Origin: an uncultured bacterium
Lineage (GTDB): Bacteria; Hydrogenedentota; Hydrogenedentia; Hydrogenedentales; CAILVY01
Direction: 5' to 3'
Assembly (NCBI GenBank): GCA_937951485.1
Contig: CALEDJ010000004.1
Location: 13,582-77,581 of the forward strand
DNA: 64,000 nucleotides
Shown: piece after piece, positions 27,856-37,715 of the stretch
Position numbering within the stretch: position 1 is the stretch's first letter
How the letters are laid out: every line of letters begins with the position of its first letter
The notes under the pieces: generated by a model
Told to the model about the DNA's origin: nothing
The model's input: only the letters and a program-made list of their open reading frames with translations
Database searches by the model: none
Translations under genes and position numbers: made by a program

Positions 27856-28133
27856 ATGCCCTTTCCAGCGAAATATTGTTTCAAACGGGAAATACATTCA
27901 CCCGACAGCGGCGCATGTATGCGATTCGACAATTGGCGTGCATACTATACCCCAACGGCGCGGCGTCTGCGCAAATCCGCCGCGCTTTTAATCGGACGGA
28001 GGCGCTGTTGACCCTGTGCTTGACAATGCGCCGCTGCGCGGCAAGAATGGAATCGCGGAAGGTTGTCCGCTTGCGCGATACGGGGACGCGTGTGCTGACG
28101 CTGACCTCAACGTTGCGGACAAGGGAGTATTGC

Positions 28134-29057
28134 ATGGGCAAGCCGGATGTAACCGTGCTGACGGTGCTTCGCGAGGGACTCGATGATGTTGTCACCTGGT
28201 TGGCGCATCTGGAACAGCAGACCTTTCCGGCGGCGTGCTTTGAAGTGCTGGTGGTGGACGGCTGCGGCGCGCACCCATGTTGCGAAATTGTTCGGCGTTA
28301 CGCGGAAGCCGCCCCCATGCCCATCCGCTGTGTGCGGCAGGAAAGCGGCGGATTGGCGGAAGCGCGTAATCTGGGGCTGCGGGAGGCGCAAGGGCGGTGG
28401 ATACTCTTTCTCGATCCTGATCTGCTCGCCGGCCCCGGGCTGGTGCAGGCGCATGCCGCAGCACAGGAACGGGCCGGCGGCGCGGCCTGCGTGGTCGGCC
28501 GCATCACGCGGCATCCACAATTGCCTGAAGGCGCGCTTACGCGATGGTTTCTGCCGGAAGCCTGGCCGCATTTGCTTGAAAACGCGCATCCGGATTTTCT
28601 GGATTGCCCGGCCCATAATCTGAGTCTGCCGCGACGCCCTGTACTGGATATGGGCGCCTTCGCCGGTGGCTTCGGAAATTCCGGCTTTGACGACCTCGAA
28701 TTGGCATGGCGGCTGGAACAGCGCGGCATCGCGCAGTGCTTCGCCCAGGATGCGCCTGGCTACGTCTGGCGCAACGTACCGTTCGAGGTGGAATATCGGC
28801 GGCAATATGAGCGGGGCTATGCGTTGCCCGCGCTCATGGCCGCGACAGACCCGCAGCGCGTGCGGCGGCGCTTTCCTGTCGCCGGGAATCCGTTTCAACG
28901 TCTCGCGGACATCCTGGTCATGCCCTATTATCTTCGCGCATGCCTTCAGGCGGAAGAGGATGTGCGCATTATCGGCGCGATCTTCCGCCGCACATTGCGC
29001 CATGCCTTCCGTATGGGGTTTCACGACGCCCAAAAAGGCCGGGAACGAAAGTATTGA
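28134..29057 (+). CDS. Glycosyltransferase family 2
   Basis: FEVLVVD, G.A.ARNLGL, ILFLDPD, GFDDLELAWRL; start after AAGGGAG. Confidence 0.85.
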   Translation: MGKPDVTVLTVLREGLDDVVTWLAHLEQQTFPAACFEVLVVDGCGAHPCCEIVRRYAEAAPMPIRCVRQESGGLAEARNLGLREAQGRWILFLDPDLLAGPGLVQAHAAAQERAGGAACVVGRITRHPQLPEGALTRWFLPEAWPHLLENAHPDFLDCPAHNLSLPRRPVLDMGAFAGGFGNSGFDDLELAWRLEQRGIAQCFAQDAPGYVWRNVPFEVEYRRQYERGYALPALMAATDPQRVRRRFPVAGNPFQRLADILVMPYYLRACLQAEEDVRIIGAIFRRTLRHAFRMGFHDAQKGRERKY

Positions 29058-29088
29058 ATGCGCAGTGCCGTACTTCGATCGCCGGGGG

Positions 29089-30399
29089 TCACCGGCCAAG
29101 CAGATGTTTGGCAAGGCGCTTGGCGAAGGCGATGATGGTGAGCACGGTGGGCCGGCAGAGGGCTTCGGGGAAAACGCTCGCGTCGCACACATAGAGGCCC
29201 TCTTTCTGGGTCTGAAGATTCTCGTCGAGCATGGTCCCGATCCGGACGGTGCCGCTTGGGTGGGTGCCGCGCTGGGGGGTGGTAAAGATGTGGTCGGGGT
29301 TTGCCCCGGCCTGGGTGAGGATGCGGGTGCAGAGTTCGATGGCGCGGGCGGTCCGGCGGACTTCGTTCTCGGAGAAGGGTTTGCTGATGGCGCCGTTGAG
29401 GAAGACGCCGCCGGAGATTTCATCCTTGAGTTTAATCATGATGCCGAGCATGTTGCGCCATTTGGGCCAGTAAAACGGGTACCGCAGTCCTTTCAGCGTC
29501 ATGATCAGGGGAAACAGCAGCCAGGGGTCCATGAGGGTGCTGAGCATATACCCGTCTTCAAGGTTTTCCCAGTACCACGTCATTGGCGGCTCCTTGCCGA
29601 TGCCTCGCGCGTTACGGAAGCCATAGACCATGATGGTCGTGTCCATGGTCATGCCGATGCCCGCATCGGTGAGACCGGACTTCTGGAGGATACGCGGCGT
29701 ACCGATACCGCCCGCGGCGAGGATGACGGTGTTGGCGCGCGCGCGGAAGGGCCTGCCCTCCATGTTCCCCATCACGCCGACGCATCGGTCACCATCGAAA
29801 AGCACTTGCTCGACGCGTGCACGGGTGTGGAGGGTCGCCCCGTGCGATACGGCCTCATCGGCGAACTCGGCGGCGTTCCACTTCGCGCCGCAGCGGCATC
29901 CGAGCATGCACGCGGCCCCGCAGCGGAACTGCGGCGACCGCGCGGGATTCATGAACTTCATCGTCGGCTGCCAGTCATAACCCAGGTTCCGGGCGGCGGT
30001 CGCCAGTTGGGTCGAGGCTTCCCCGGCAAGGCTTTCGGGCAACGGCGCGATACGTAATTCCTCGATGGTCGCGTCCACTTCGGGCGTCAGATCAATACCG
30101 TACTTGTCTCGCATCCAGTCGGGCGGGCGCGCGGCGCAGCCGCAGTACATGCTCGTCGCGCCACCCAGCATCATAGGCCGCACGATGTTGAGTCCTTCCC
30201 GCGTGAACAGGAGGCTTGCGCGATCGCAATAGATCAACGGACCGAGATACGTGCCGTAACAGGCGCGGCCGCGATGGTCTGCGCCGTGTTCGAAAAGCAG
30301 CACCGATTTGCCGTTGCGGGCCAATTCCCGGGCCAGCGTCGAACCGCCCGGCCCCGTGCCGACGATAATATATTCCGCCGATAGGTCTGTCGCAAGCAT
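29089..30399 (-). CDS. GMC family oxidoreductase (FAD)
   Basis: IIVGTGPGG, LGGATSMY, VILAAGGIGTPRIL, HPSGT, LYVCDASVFP, PTVLTI.A. Confidence 0.88.
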   Translation of the reverse strand: MLATDLSAEYIIVGTGPGGSTLARELARNGKSVLLFEHGADHRGRACYGTYLGPLIYCDRASLLFTREGLNIVRPMMLGGATSMYCGCAARPPDWMRDKYGIDLTPEVDATIEELRIAPLPESLAGEASTQLATAARNLGYDWQPTMKFMNPARSPQFRCGAACMLGCRCGAKWNAAEFADEAVSHGATLHTRARVEQVLFDGDRCVGVMGNMEGRPFRARANTVILAAGGIGTPRILQKSGLTDAGIGMTMDTTIMVYGFRNARGIGKEPPMTWYWENLEDGYMLSTLMDPWLLFPLIMTLKGLRYPFYWPKWRNMLGIMIKLKDEISGGVFLNGAISKPFSENEVRRTARAIELCTRILTQAGANPDHIFTTPQRGTHPSGTVRIGTMLDENLQTQKEGLYVCDASVFPEALCRPTVLTIIAFAKRLAKHLLGR

Positions 30400-30487
30400 G
30401 CCAGTGGCCTCCCGGGTTGGGTGGATTATGCGGTTCCGAGGGTTATGGTACTTCCTTCCGGGGTGATATTGCATCATTAATCGAAAA

Positions 30488-30609
30488 GACAGCAGGGACA
30501 GAAGGGCAAAAAGGGACAAGGGGACGGCAAGGACAACAAAAAGAAGGGGGTTTTTAGTGTTGGCGTCTGATCTGTCTGATCTGTCTGATTTGTCCGATCT
30601 GTCCGACTG
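30488..30609. repeat. Two adjacent 9-mer tandem arrays (GACAGCAAG-like; GTCYGATCT)
   Basis: About six GACxxxAxG units at 30488-30540 and five GTCYGATCT-like units at 30565-30609. Confidence 0.75.
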
Positions 30610-30753
30610 GTTCGACCCCTCCCCGGCGCAGGCGGAACGCCTGCGCCATGTCGCCCCTGCCGCTCGCCGGGTTTATCGGAACGGGTCATTGTGCTACCGT
30701 ATCGGGAAACGCGGACGCGGGAGATGCCGCGTCCGACCAGGGAGGAGGAACAT

Positions 30754-31986
30754 ATGCGCATCACGGCCATTGAACTCTACCATGTGTCAGTGCCATTGCC
30801 CGAGACCTTCTGGCCGACGTGGATTCCGGGCTACCCGCAGACGCACAACCGGTTTACGCTGGTGAAACTGGTCACCGATGACGGCATCGAGGGGTTTTCG
30901 GCGGGATCGGCGATGGGACGCGAACGCCAGGGACTGGGTGAACTGATGGGCGGCTATCTGCTTGGCACCGATCCCACGGACATTGACCGTGTGCAGGACC
31001 TGCTCAAGCAGGCCGGATTCCTGGGTTGGCGCAACTACTGGATTGAACCAGCCTGCTGGGACATCATGGGCAAGGCGGCGGGCAAGCCGGTTTATGAACT
31101 CCTGGGCGGCGCGGCGCGCCCGATTGACGTGTACTGCTCGACGGGCGAGATGCATGAACCGCGGAAGCGGGTGGAGGAACTGCTCGCCATGCGCGATCGC
31201 GGTTTCAAGACCGCGAAACTGCGGGTGAAGAACCGCGAACTCAAGGACGATATCCGGCATCTGGAGGTGGTGGCGCAGGGCATGGGGGACAAAATGGTCC
31301 TCGGCGTGGACGCGAACCAGGGCTGGCTGGTGTCCATTGTGGACCGGATTCCCGCGTGGGACCTCGACCGCGCCAAAGAGTTCGCGATCGCCTGCCACGC
31401 CAACGGGTATCAATGGCTGGAAGAACCACTCGACTCGCGCGATTACGACGGAAACGCCGCGCTCAAGCGCGTGTCGCCGGTGCGCATCAGCGGCGCGGAA
31501 CTCAATTACGGCTGGGATGAAATCAAGATCATGTTCGAGAAAGACTGTTTTCACGTGTACCAGCCGGACGCCACCTTCGCGGGCGGCATCGCCCAGGTGC
31601 GCAAGGTGCTTGACGCCTGTAGGCGGCACCAGCGGGAATTCTCCCCGCACACCTGGACCAATGGCATCGGCTTCTATGTGAATTGGAACATGGTGCTGGC
31701 GGACAAGGAAAACACGTTGCCGCTGGAGTATCCGCTGGAGGAACCGTCGTGGGTGCCGGAAGCGCGCGAGGGCGTCATCGCGCCGATTCTGCCGGATAAG
31801 AATGGCGTGCTCGCGCCGTTCACCCGGCCCGGCTTGGGTTTCGAGATTGAGCCGCGTTTGTTGCGCAAATACGGCAAGCGCTTTTTCCGGCTGACCGAAA
31901 CCGGCCTGAAAATCCGCGTCATCAAGGAGAAAGGATTGCGGCTCGCGCTGGGCATCAAGAAACGCAAGGAAAGCGGGAGGACGTAG
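30754..31986 (+). CDS. Mandelate racemase/muconate lactonizing enzyme family (enolase superfamily)
   Basis: WDIMGK..GKPVYELLGG, AKLRV, VDANQG, WLEEP, GAE, YQPD, SPHT; SD GGAGGAGG. Confidence 0.9.
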   Translation: MRITAIELYHVSVPLPETFWPTWIPGYPQTHNRFTLVKLVTDDGIEGFSAGSAMGRERQGLGELMGGYLLGTDPTDIDRVQDLLKQAGFLGWRNYWIEPACWDIMGKAAGKPVYELLGGAARPIDVYCSTGEMHEPRKRVEELLAMRDRGFKTAKLRVKNRELKDDIRHLEVVAQGMGDKMVLGVDANQGWLVSIVDRIPAWDLDRAKEFAIACHANGYQWLEEPLDSRDYDGNAALKRVSPVRISGAELNYGWDEIKIMFEKDCFHVYQPDATFAGGIAQVRKVLDACRRHQREFSPHTWTNGIGFYVNWNMVLADKENTLPLEYPLEEPSWVPEAREGVIAPILPDKNGVLAPFTRPGLGFEIEPRLLRKYGKRFFRLTETGLKIRVIKEKGLRLALGIKKRKESGRT

Positions 31987-31989
31987 GGC

Positions 31990-33096
31990 GTGGACCGGCC
32001 GCTGCTTGCGCAGTATCCCGCGCTGAAGTCAGGGATCCCCCACGTCGCGCTGGCGGAGTTGCCGACGCCGGTGCAGCGCATGGAACGTCTGGAGCGCGCG
32101 CTGGGCGGAGACGCGCCTGCGCTGTTCATCAAGCGCGATGACCTGAGCAACCCCGTTTATGGCGGCAACAAGGTGCGTAAACTGGAGTTTCTGCTGGCGC
32201 GGGCGCTGCAAAGAAAGTACCCGTCCGTGCTCACCTTCGGCGCGGCGGGGTCAAATCATGCGCTCGCCACGGCGATTTTTGCGCAACAACTGGGATTGCG
32301 ATGCATCTCCGTGCTGGTGCCGCAGCCGAACGCAGGGTATGTGCGCCGCAACCTGTTAATGCACCACTGCGGGGGCGCCGAACTACATCATTATTCCGGT
32401 ATGCTCGGCGCGGCGGCGGGGACCATCGCGACGCTGATCCGGCATTGGCGGCGCACGCGGCGTTTTCCCTACCTGATTCCGCCGGGCGGGTCATCGCCCG
32501 TGGGCGTCCTGGGCTTCGTCAATGCGGGTTTTGAACTGAATGAGCAGATTGCGGCGGGCCTGTTGCCGGAACCGGACGTTATCTATGTGGCGTCGGGCAC
32601 CATGGGCACGGCGGTGGGGCTGGCGCTCGGCCTGTGCGCGGCGGGATTGCGAACGCGGGTGATGGCCGTGCGCGTCACCGATGCCATCTTCACGTCCATC
32701 CCCAAAGCGCGGCGACTCTTCGATAAGACCCGACGTCTCTTGCGTCGCGCGGCGCCGGATTTTCCCCCATGCCCCTTTCCATCGGCGACATTTCAGTTCC
32801 GCCACGAGTTCTTTGGTCGCGCCTATGCCCTCTATACCGAAGAAGGGATGCGCGCGGTGCGCCTTTTGGGCGACACGGAAGGCGTTTCCATCGAAGGCAC
32901 TTACACCGGCAAGACACTGGCCGCGCTGATCGCCGATACGACAGCGGGGATTTTACGCGGTCAAACGGTCCTTTTCTGGAACACGTACAATGCGCGCGAT
33001 TTCACCTCCGACATCGCGGGGATGGACTACCACGCCCTGCCCCCCGCTTTCCATCGCTATTTCGAGGAAGATGTCCAGCCCCTCGACCGCGAATGA
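31990..33096 (+). CDS. PLP-dependent D-cysteine desulfhydrase/ACC deaminase family enzyme
   Basis: IKRDD, GGNKVRKLEF, GSNHA, IPPGGSS, ASGTMGT, EGTYTGK. Confidence 0.88.
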   Translation: MDRPLLAQYPALKSGIPHVALAELPTPVQRMERLERALGGDAPALFIKRDDLSNPVYGGNKVRKLEFLLARALQRKYPSVLTFGAAGSNHALATAIFAQQLGLRCISVLVPQPNAGYVRRNLLMHHCGGAELHHYSGMLGAAAGTIATLIRHWRRTRRFPYLIPPGGSSPVGVLGFVNAGFELNEQIAAGLLPEPDVIYVASGTMGTAVGLALGLCAAGLRTRVMAVRVTDAIFTSIPKARRLFDKTRRLLRRAAPDFPPCPFPSATFQFRHEFFGRAYALYTEEGMRAVRLLGDTEGVSIEGTYTGKTLAALIADTTAGILRGQTVLFWNTYNARDFTSDIAGMDYHALPPAFHRYFEEDVQPLDRE

Positions 33097-33107
33097 TTCC
33101 AAAAAAT

Positions 33108-34541
33108 CTACTCCACCGCTGATGGTATTCGTCGGGGCCGGAAGACGAGATCACCTTCCCTTTCGCTGCGCCCCCGGATGCCGCCGTCATCTTTGCCATT
33201 GGGCCCGACGCTGTAGAGGATATAGGAATCCTCTTCCCGACGGTACCGCATGGGGTGCAGATCAAAGGGGTCTTCGGGTACGGAGGTGATATATGCCGGG
33301 ACCAGCGAGTCCAACAGGTCCGGTGGGGCGCCATGCGCCAGTTCGTAGCGGGCGACGGCGGTGGCGGTCGCCGCCTGTAACAGCCGGGCCTTTTCGGTGG
33401 CAATGCTCTCGGGCGCGCGCACGAGCGAAGGGATGATTGCCTTGGACAGGTGGGGGATCAGGGTGGGTTGCAGCGCCATTTCGCCGATGCGATCAAAGAT
33501 GCGGGCGGCTTCAGGGTATGGGAGGGTGCTTGCGCGGATTAGTTCATCAAAGAAGGCAAGGCACTGATTGGCTTCCCGGTTGAACCAGCCCGTTGCCCTC
33601 AGCGTTTGCATTAACGTGTACGTACTCCCTGGAACAATGTCGTCAAGAACTGTCCGGCCGCTAATAAGGGCGGGGTCGCGGTACAACGCTGTCATGAAGA
33701 CCCGCTCAGCAGCAAGCGCGTTTCGCAGTGACAATGGATAATGCGCTTCGTCAAAAGCATGCTGCAGTTGTTTCAGTTGTGCTTCGGTGTATTTCACCAT
33801 CCCCATCGTGTCGCTCAGCGCATCCACCATGATCTTGCTGCATGCGATACGAACCAGTTGCGAAATGAGGATGGGTTCGTGCCGCAGGGGACGTGAAACG
33901 GTGATGCCGGCCATGATCGCCGCGCAGGCATCGTCCCGGCGCCCGTCATGCGCCGCAAGCAGCGCTTCTGCACGGAAAATCCAGGCAATATTTCGAATCC
34001 CCGCCAGATGTGGCAGTTCCAAAGCATATCCTTTTGAGTAATCAGTCGGAAATCTGCCAGGCGACAGGGCGGCCGCCTGATGGATCATCGCCAGGACACC
34101 CGGAATGGCGGAGACCAACTCGCGCACCGTATTCCAATCTTCCGAAGACAACGGTTCATCCTTGCTGCATTTGTCCAGTATCCTGCCGACTTCGGCGAGG
34201 GCGGATTGCTTCGGTGCGAGCGCCGCAAGTGCCGTCTGATAACAATCCACGGCGGTTCGACTTTCAGGCGAGGGCCTCTCGTCCGTTGTCAGCGCCGCAT
34301 GCGCGGATGACTCCTCAATCTGCCAATCCTGCAATTCCTCCAGCGTTGTGGGAAATCCGCCGGCGCGCAGGGCCGCGAAGCGCGCCTCGAGATGGCGGTC
34401 GGAGATCACGCGAATTGCCGCCACAAGCACAATGGGCGCCGAGAACAGAATAATGACACCCAACGCGATCCTATACTGTCGTCGTGTCCACGGTTTGCGA
34501 TGCGTAGGCTTGCGCGGATTGCTCTGTTGCTGTGCACTCAT
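33108..34541 (-). CDS. Membrane-anchored hypothetical protein with GspG-like C-terminal motif
   Basis: N-terminal TM; C-terminal L..LVP.YI..VP.DPF...PM.Y......LYSVGPNGKDDGG; start MSAQQ at 34541. Confidence 0.65.
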   Translation of the reverse strand: MSAQQQSNPRKPTHRKPWTRRQYRIALGVIILFSAPIVLVAAIRVISDRHLEARFAALRAGGFPTTLEELQDWQIEESSAHAALTTDERPSPESRTAVDCYQTALAALAPKQSALAEVGRILDKCSKDEPLSSEDWNTVRELVSAIPGVLAMIHQAAALSPGRFPTDYSKGYALELPHLAGIRNIAWIFRAEALLAAHDGRRDDACAAIMAGITVSRPLRHEPILISQLVRIACSKIMVDALSDTMGMVKYTEAQLKQLQHAFDEAHYPLSLRNALAAERVFMTALYRDPALISGRTVLDDIVPGSTYTLMQTLRATGWFNREANQCLAFFDELIRASTLPYPEAARIFDRIGEMALQPTLIPHLSKAIIPSLVRAPESIATEKARLLQAATATAVARYELAHGAPPDLLDSLVPAYITSVPEDPFDLHPMRYRREEDSYILYSVGPNGKDDGGIRGRSEREGDLVFRPRRIPSAVE

Positions 34542-34593
34542 GGCATAATCGCCCTCTGCGTATAAAGAGAATGGCCGGTCCGGCGCGGAGCGA

Positions 34594-35508
34594 TCACGTG
34601 GTTGGAGATTTTTCGGCAGGGGAACCGAACGTGACCCGTTCCAGCAGCGCCGCCAGCGCGACGCGATGCATGGCCACGCGGGTGTCAAGGGGGAGCCGGG
34701 ATGGGGTTTCAAAGAGAAACGCCTGGGGGCAGCCTTCCAGCCGGAAATAGTTGCTCATGCTCAATTGCCGTGCCATCCTGGCGAGCCGCAGCGACCAGAG
34801 CGGACAGGTGATGACGCCGTCGCGCGCGCGGAATATTTTGGAGACCCGGCCATTGTGGATGGGATGGCCGGCGTCGCGCACGGCGGCGATGATGTGCCGG
34901 CATAGCGCGGCGTCCGGATGCGCCAACCGATAGAAATAGAAGCCCCCGACATGGCTGTCCTCATGCAGGTCCACCATGAGGTCGTAGGCGTTCCGGCGGC
35001 GCAGGTCGCGCATAATCGCCGATTCCCGCGCATGGAACGAGGCGAAATCACGGTTCAGGTCGCGGTTGTCGGCGTTGCGCCGCCGCCGGTGAATCCAGCC
35101 CCAGGGGTTCACGAGCGGGACGATATCGAAGGTGATGCCAGGATAGCGGTCCGGATTCTGGGAAAGCGCCTCGGCGAATTGCAGCAGGCATTCCACACCG
35201 GCTGGTTCATTGCCATGCACCCCCGCACTCAGGAGCACGCGGCATTGCACCGGATTCTCGGGTGTGAATGAAAACATCTGGATGGGCCACGCGCCATCGT
35301 CCGTGTGCACGTCGCCGATCATGTGTATCGTAATCTTGTCAGATTTCGCGGCCACGGCGTCCATGCGGTCTTGCAGCGCATCGAAGGACCGGGCCGCCTG
35401 TGGCTTTCCGGCGGTACTCCGCGAAACCGAGACGCGCCAGTATACGACGCCCCCCGCCGCGGCCAGCAACACCGCGCAGACGATACAAATCAAAATCGCC
35501 TTTTTCAT
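34594..35508 (-). CDS. M14 zinc carboxypeptidase / succinylglutamate desuccinylase family, exported
   Basis: SAGVHGNEPAG, NPWG, RDLNRDF, VDLHE; N-terminal signal or anchor. Confidence 0.85.
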   Translation of the reverse strand: MKKAILICIVCAVLLAAAGGVVYWRVSVSRSTAGKPQAARSFDALQDRMDAVAAKSDKITIHMIGDVHTDDGAWPIQMFSFTPENPVQCRVLLSAGVHGNEPAGVECLLQFAEALSQNPDRYPGITFDIVPLVNPWGWIHRRRRNADNRDLNRDFASFHARESAIMRDLRRRNAYDLMVDLHEDSHVGGFYFYRLAHPDAALCRHIIAAVRDAGHPIHNGRVSKIFRARDGVITCPLWSLRLARMARQLSMSNYFRLEGCPQAFLFETPSRLPLDTRVAMHRVALAALLERVTFGSPAEKSPTT

Positions 35509-35601
35509 TCCGGTGACTCCTGGGAGACGTCTCTGTTTCCTGCACAATTACAAAATACAGTATCATTTCAGCCAATTGAAGCAATCACTGCGCATAACTC
35601 T

Positions 35602-35761
35602 GTCATTGCGAGCGAAGCGAAGCGCAGCGCGGCAATCTGGATACGCAGTCCGCCTCAAATTGCTTGTATGTTCCTGTTGCGGCGTATTTGCGTAATGAAA
35701 GTCGTCACAGCAGCAGTTTTCTTCGCTCGGCGGCGCTTTGCGCCGCATCACACGCAATGAC
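35602..35761. repeat. Palindromic element with GTCATTGCG...CGCAATGAC termini
   Basis: GTCATTGCGAGCGAAGCG...GGCAATCT at 35602-35638; CGCAATGAC at 35753-35761. Confidence 0.65.
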
Positions 35762-35832
35762 GAAAAGAAAGTGTTGATTCCACAGGTTACGCCAGTCGGC
35801 CAAAAAATGTTACCAAAGGCATCCATTGGTTC

Positions 35833-35860
35833 TTGACAGGTTGCGGTGCAATTATAATGT
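35833..35860 (+). promoter_or_regulatory. Putative sigma70 promoter of the FAD oxidoreductase
   Basis: TTGACA 35833-35838; TATAAT 35853-35858 (14-nt spacer) or TAATGT 35855-35860 (16-nt spacer). Confidence 0.5.
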
Positions 35861-36027
35861 AATCATCCCCAATGGAATAACATTGCCCGGCGCGAGTGTT
35901 CGTACTGCCAACGCGGGGATGCAGGGGGAATCCAGTAATGCGAGAGCATGTGCGGGTAAAACACAAATGATGATCCGTCGCATCGCAGGAGCGGTGCAAT
36001 GAGAGCGATGAATTCAAGGAGTATCGC

Positions 36028-37404
36028 ATGACCCTGTTGGGAACGACGGCGCGGCCGCTTCGCGTTGCGATTGTCGGTAGCGGGCCGAGCGGTTTTTATG
36101 CTGCGGACGCATTGTTGAAGGCGGAACCGGTATGTACGGTGGACATGTTCGAGCGCCAGCCCACGCCATATGGGCTGGTGCGCAGCGGCGTCGCACCGGA
36201 TAACATGAAAATCAAGAACGTCACAAAGACCTTCGAGAAAATCGCCGCGCATGAAAGGTTCCGCTTTTTCGGCAATGTGGAGGTCGGGGTGACGGCGCCG
36301 GTGCATGTGCTGCGCCGGCACTATGACGCCATCATCTTCGCCTGCGGCACCGAAACCAATCTTCGGCTGGGCATCCCCGGCGAAGACCTGCCGGGATGCC
36401 ATACGGCCACATCGTTTGTCGGCTGGTATAACGGCCATCCCGTTTATCGGAACTTTCATTTCGATTTGAGCCGGGAAATTGCCGTGGTTGTTGGCGTGGG
36501 CAACGTCGCGGTGGATGTGGCCCGCATCCTCTCTCGAACGGTGGACGAGTTGAAACATACGGATATCAGCCAGGATGCGCTTGACGCACTGGCGGAAAGC
36601 AGGGTGCGCGAAATCCATATCATCGGACGCCGCGGCCCTGCGCAGGCCAAGTTCAAGGAGAACGAGATTCGGGAATTGGGCCGCCTTGCCGACTGTGATT
36701 GCATCATGGACCCGGCGGATCTGGCGTTGAATCCGGAGAGTTGTCAAGAAGCCGCCGCGCCGAGTGTCGCCAGGATCCTGGGCATCCTCGAAACCTTCTC
36801 GCGTCACACGCCCGCCAAGCGACGCAAGGTGGTATTGCGCTTTCTGCTCAGCCCGGTGAAAATCACCGGCGATGCGCGGGTGGAATCCATCATTCTGGAA
36901 AAGAACATGCTGCGGGGCGAACCGTTCCGGCAGGAGGCGAAGGGCACCGGAGAGGTGGTTGAACAGCCCTGCGGCCTGGTTTTCGCCAGTATCGGCTACC
37001 GCGCCATGCCCATGCCCGGCGTGCCGTTCGATGCGCGGCGCGGCATCATTCCTAACGAGGACGGTCGGGTGCTGGAAGACGGACGGCCCGTCCCCGGGCT
37101 GTATGCCGCCGGATGGATCAAGCGCGGCCCCACCGGCCTGATTGGCACCAACAAGCCCGACAGCGCCGAGACGGTCCAGAAAATCCTCGAAGACCTGCCG
37201 AACCTGCCGCCCTGTGAGGCGCCCGGCCCCGACGCCATGCCGCAATGGCTTGCCGCGCGCGGTATCCGCGCCGTGAGTTTTGCAGACTGGCTCAAGATTG
37301 ACGCCGTGGAAATCGAACGCGGCAAACCCCGCCGCAAACCCCGCGAAAAACTGTCCAAAGTCTCTCAGATGCTCGCTGTGATTGAGGAGTCGCCGGACCA
37401 ATGA
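36028..37404 (+). CDS. Ferredoxin-NADP+ reductase, adrenodoxin reductase/FprA type
   Basis: GSGPSGFYAA, PYGLVR.GVAPD, GVGNVAVDVAR, GRRGP, GWIKRGPTG.IGTNK. Confidence 0.92.
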   Translation: MTLLGTTARPLRVAIVGSGPSGFYAADALLKAEPVCTVDMFERQPTPYGLVRSGVAPDNMKIKNVTKTFEKIAAHERFRFFGNVEVGVTAPVHVLRRHYDAIIFACGTETNLRLGIPGEDLPGCHTATSFVGWYNGHPVYRNFHFDLSREIAVVVGVGNVAVDVARILSRTVDELKHTDISQDALDALAESRVREIHIIGRRGPAQAKFKENEIRELGRLADCDCIMDPADLALNPESCQEAAAPSVARILGILETFSRHTPAKRRKVVLRFLLSPVKITGDARVESIILEKNMLRGEPFRQEAKGTGEVVEQPCGLVFASIGYRAMPMPGVPFDARRGIIPNEDGRVLEDGRPVPGLYAAGWIKRGPTGLIGTNKPDSAETVQKILEDLPNLPPCEAPGPDAMPQWLAARGIRAVSFADWLKIDAVEIERGKPRRKPREKLSKVSQMLAVIEESPDQ

Positions 37405-37452
37405 ACCCGCCAATCGCAACACGATTGGGGCGCTGTGAAAAACCTCTCTCGA

Positions 37453-37715
37453 TCAATCCAACGGCGGAACAGGCTGCAATGCTTCATGGGATTGCGCGCG
37501 TCCCCGATTCTCGAGGAATTCCGCTGTATGCAAGGCAGTCCACTCCGTCACAAGTTCCAAAACGCGAGGTGGCAGTTTTCCATCAGGGAGACCTGCCCGT
37601 TGAATATCAATAGCGGCTCTTGTCTCACCATATATACAGCGTGGAAATGCGGCGGATTATGGTCATCGTGAAACATTTTGATTACAGTGCCAAAAAAGCG
37701 GCTGATTTCAGGCAT
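37453..37715 (-). pseudogene. DUF4160 toxin-family gene, frameshifted
   Basis: MPEISRFFGTVIKMFHDDHNPPHFHAVY. Removing 2 nt from the ATATATA run (37630-37636) restores YGETRAAIDIQRAGLPDGKLPPRVLELVTEWTALHTAEFLENRGRAQSHEALQPVPPLD*. Confidence 0.85.

Noticed and set aside
31990-33096. ACC deaminase (acdS) call
   Set aside because: YTGK instead of the diagnostic YEGK; kept at family level.
35863-37422. 519-aa antisense ORF
   Set aside because: Shadow of the ferredoxin-NADP+ reductase; no motifs; typical of high GC.
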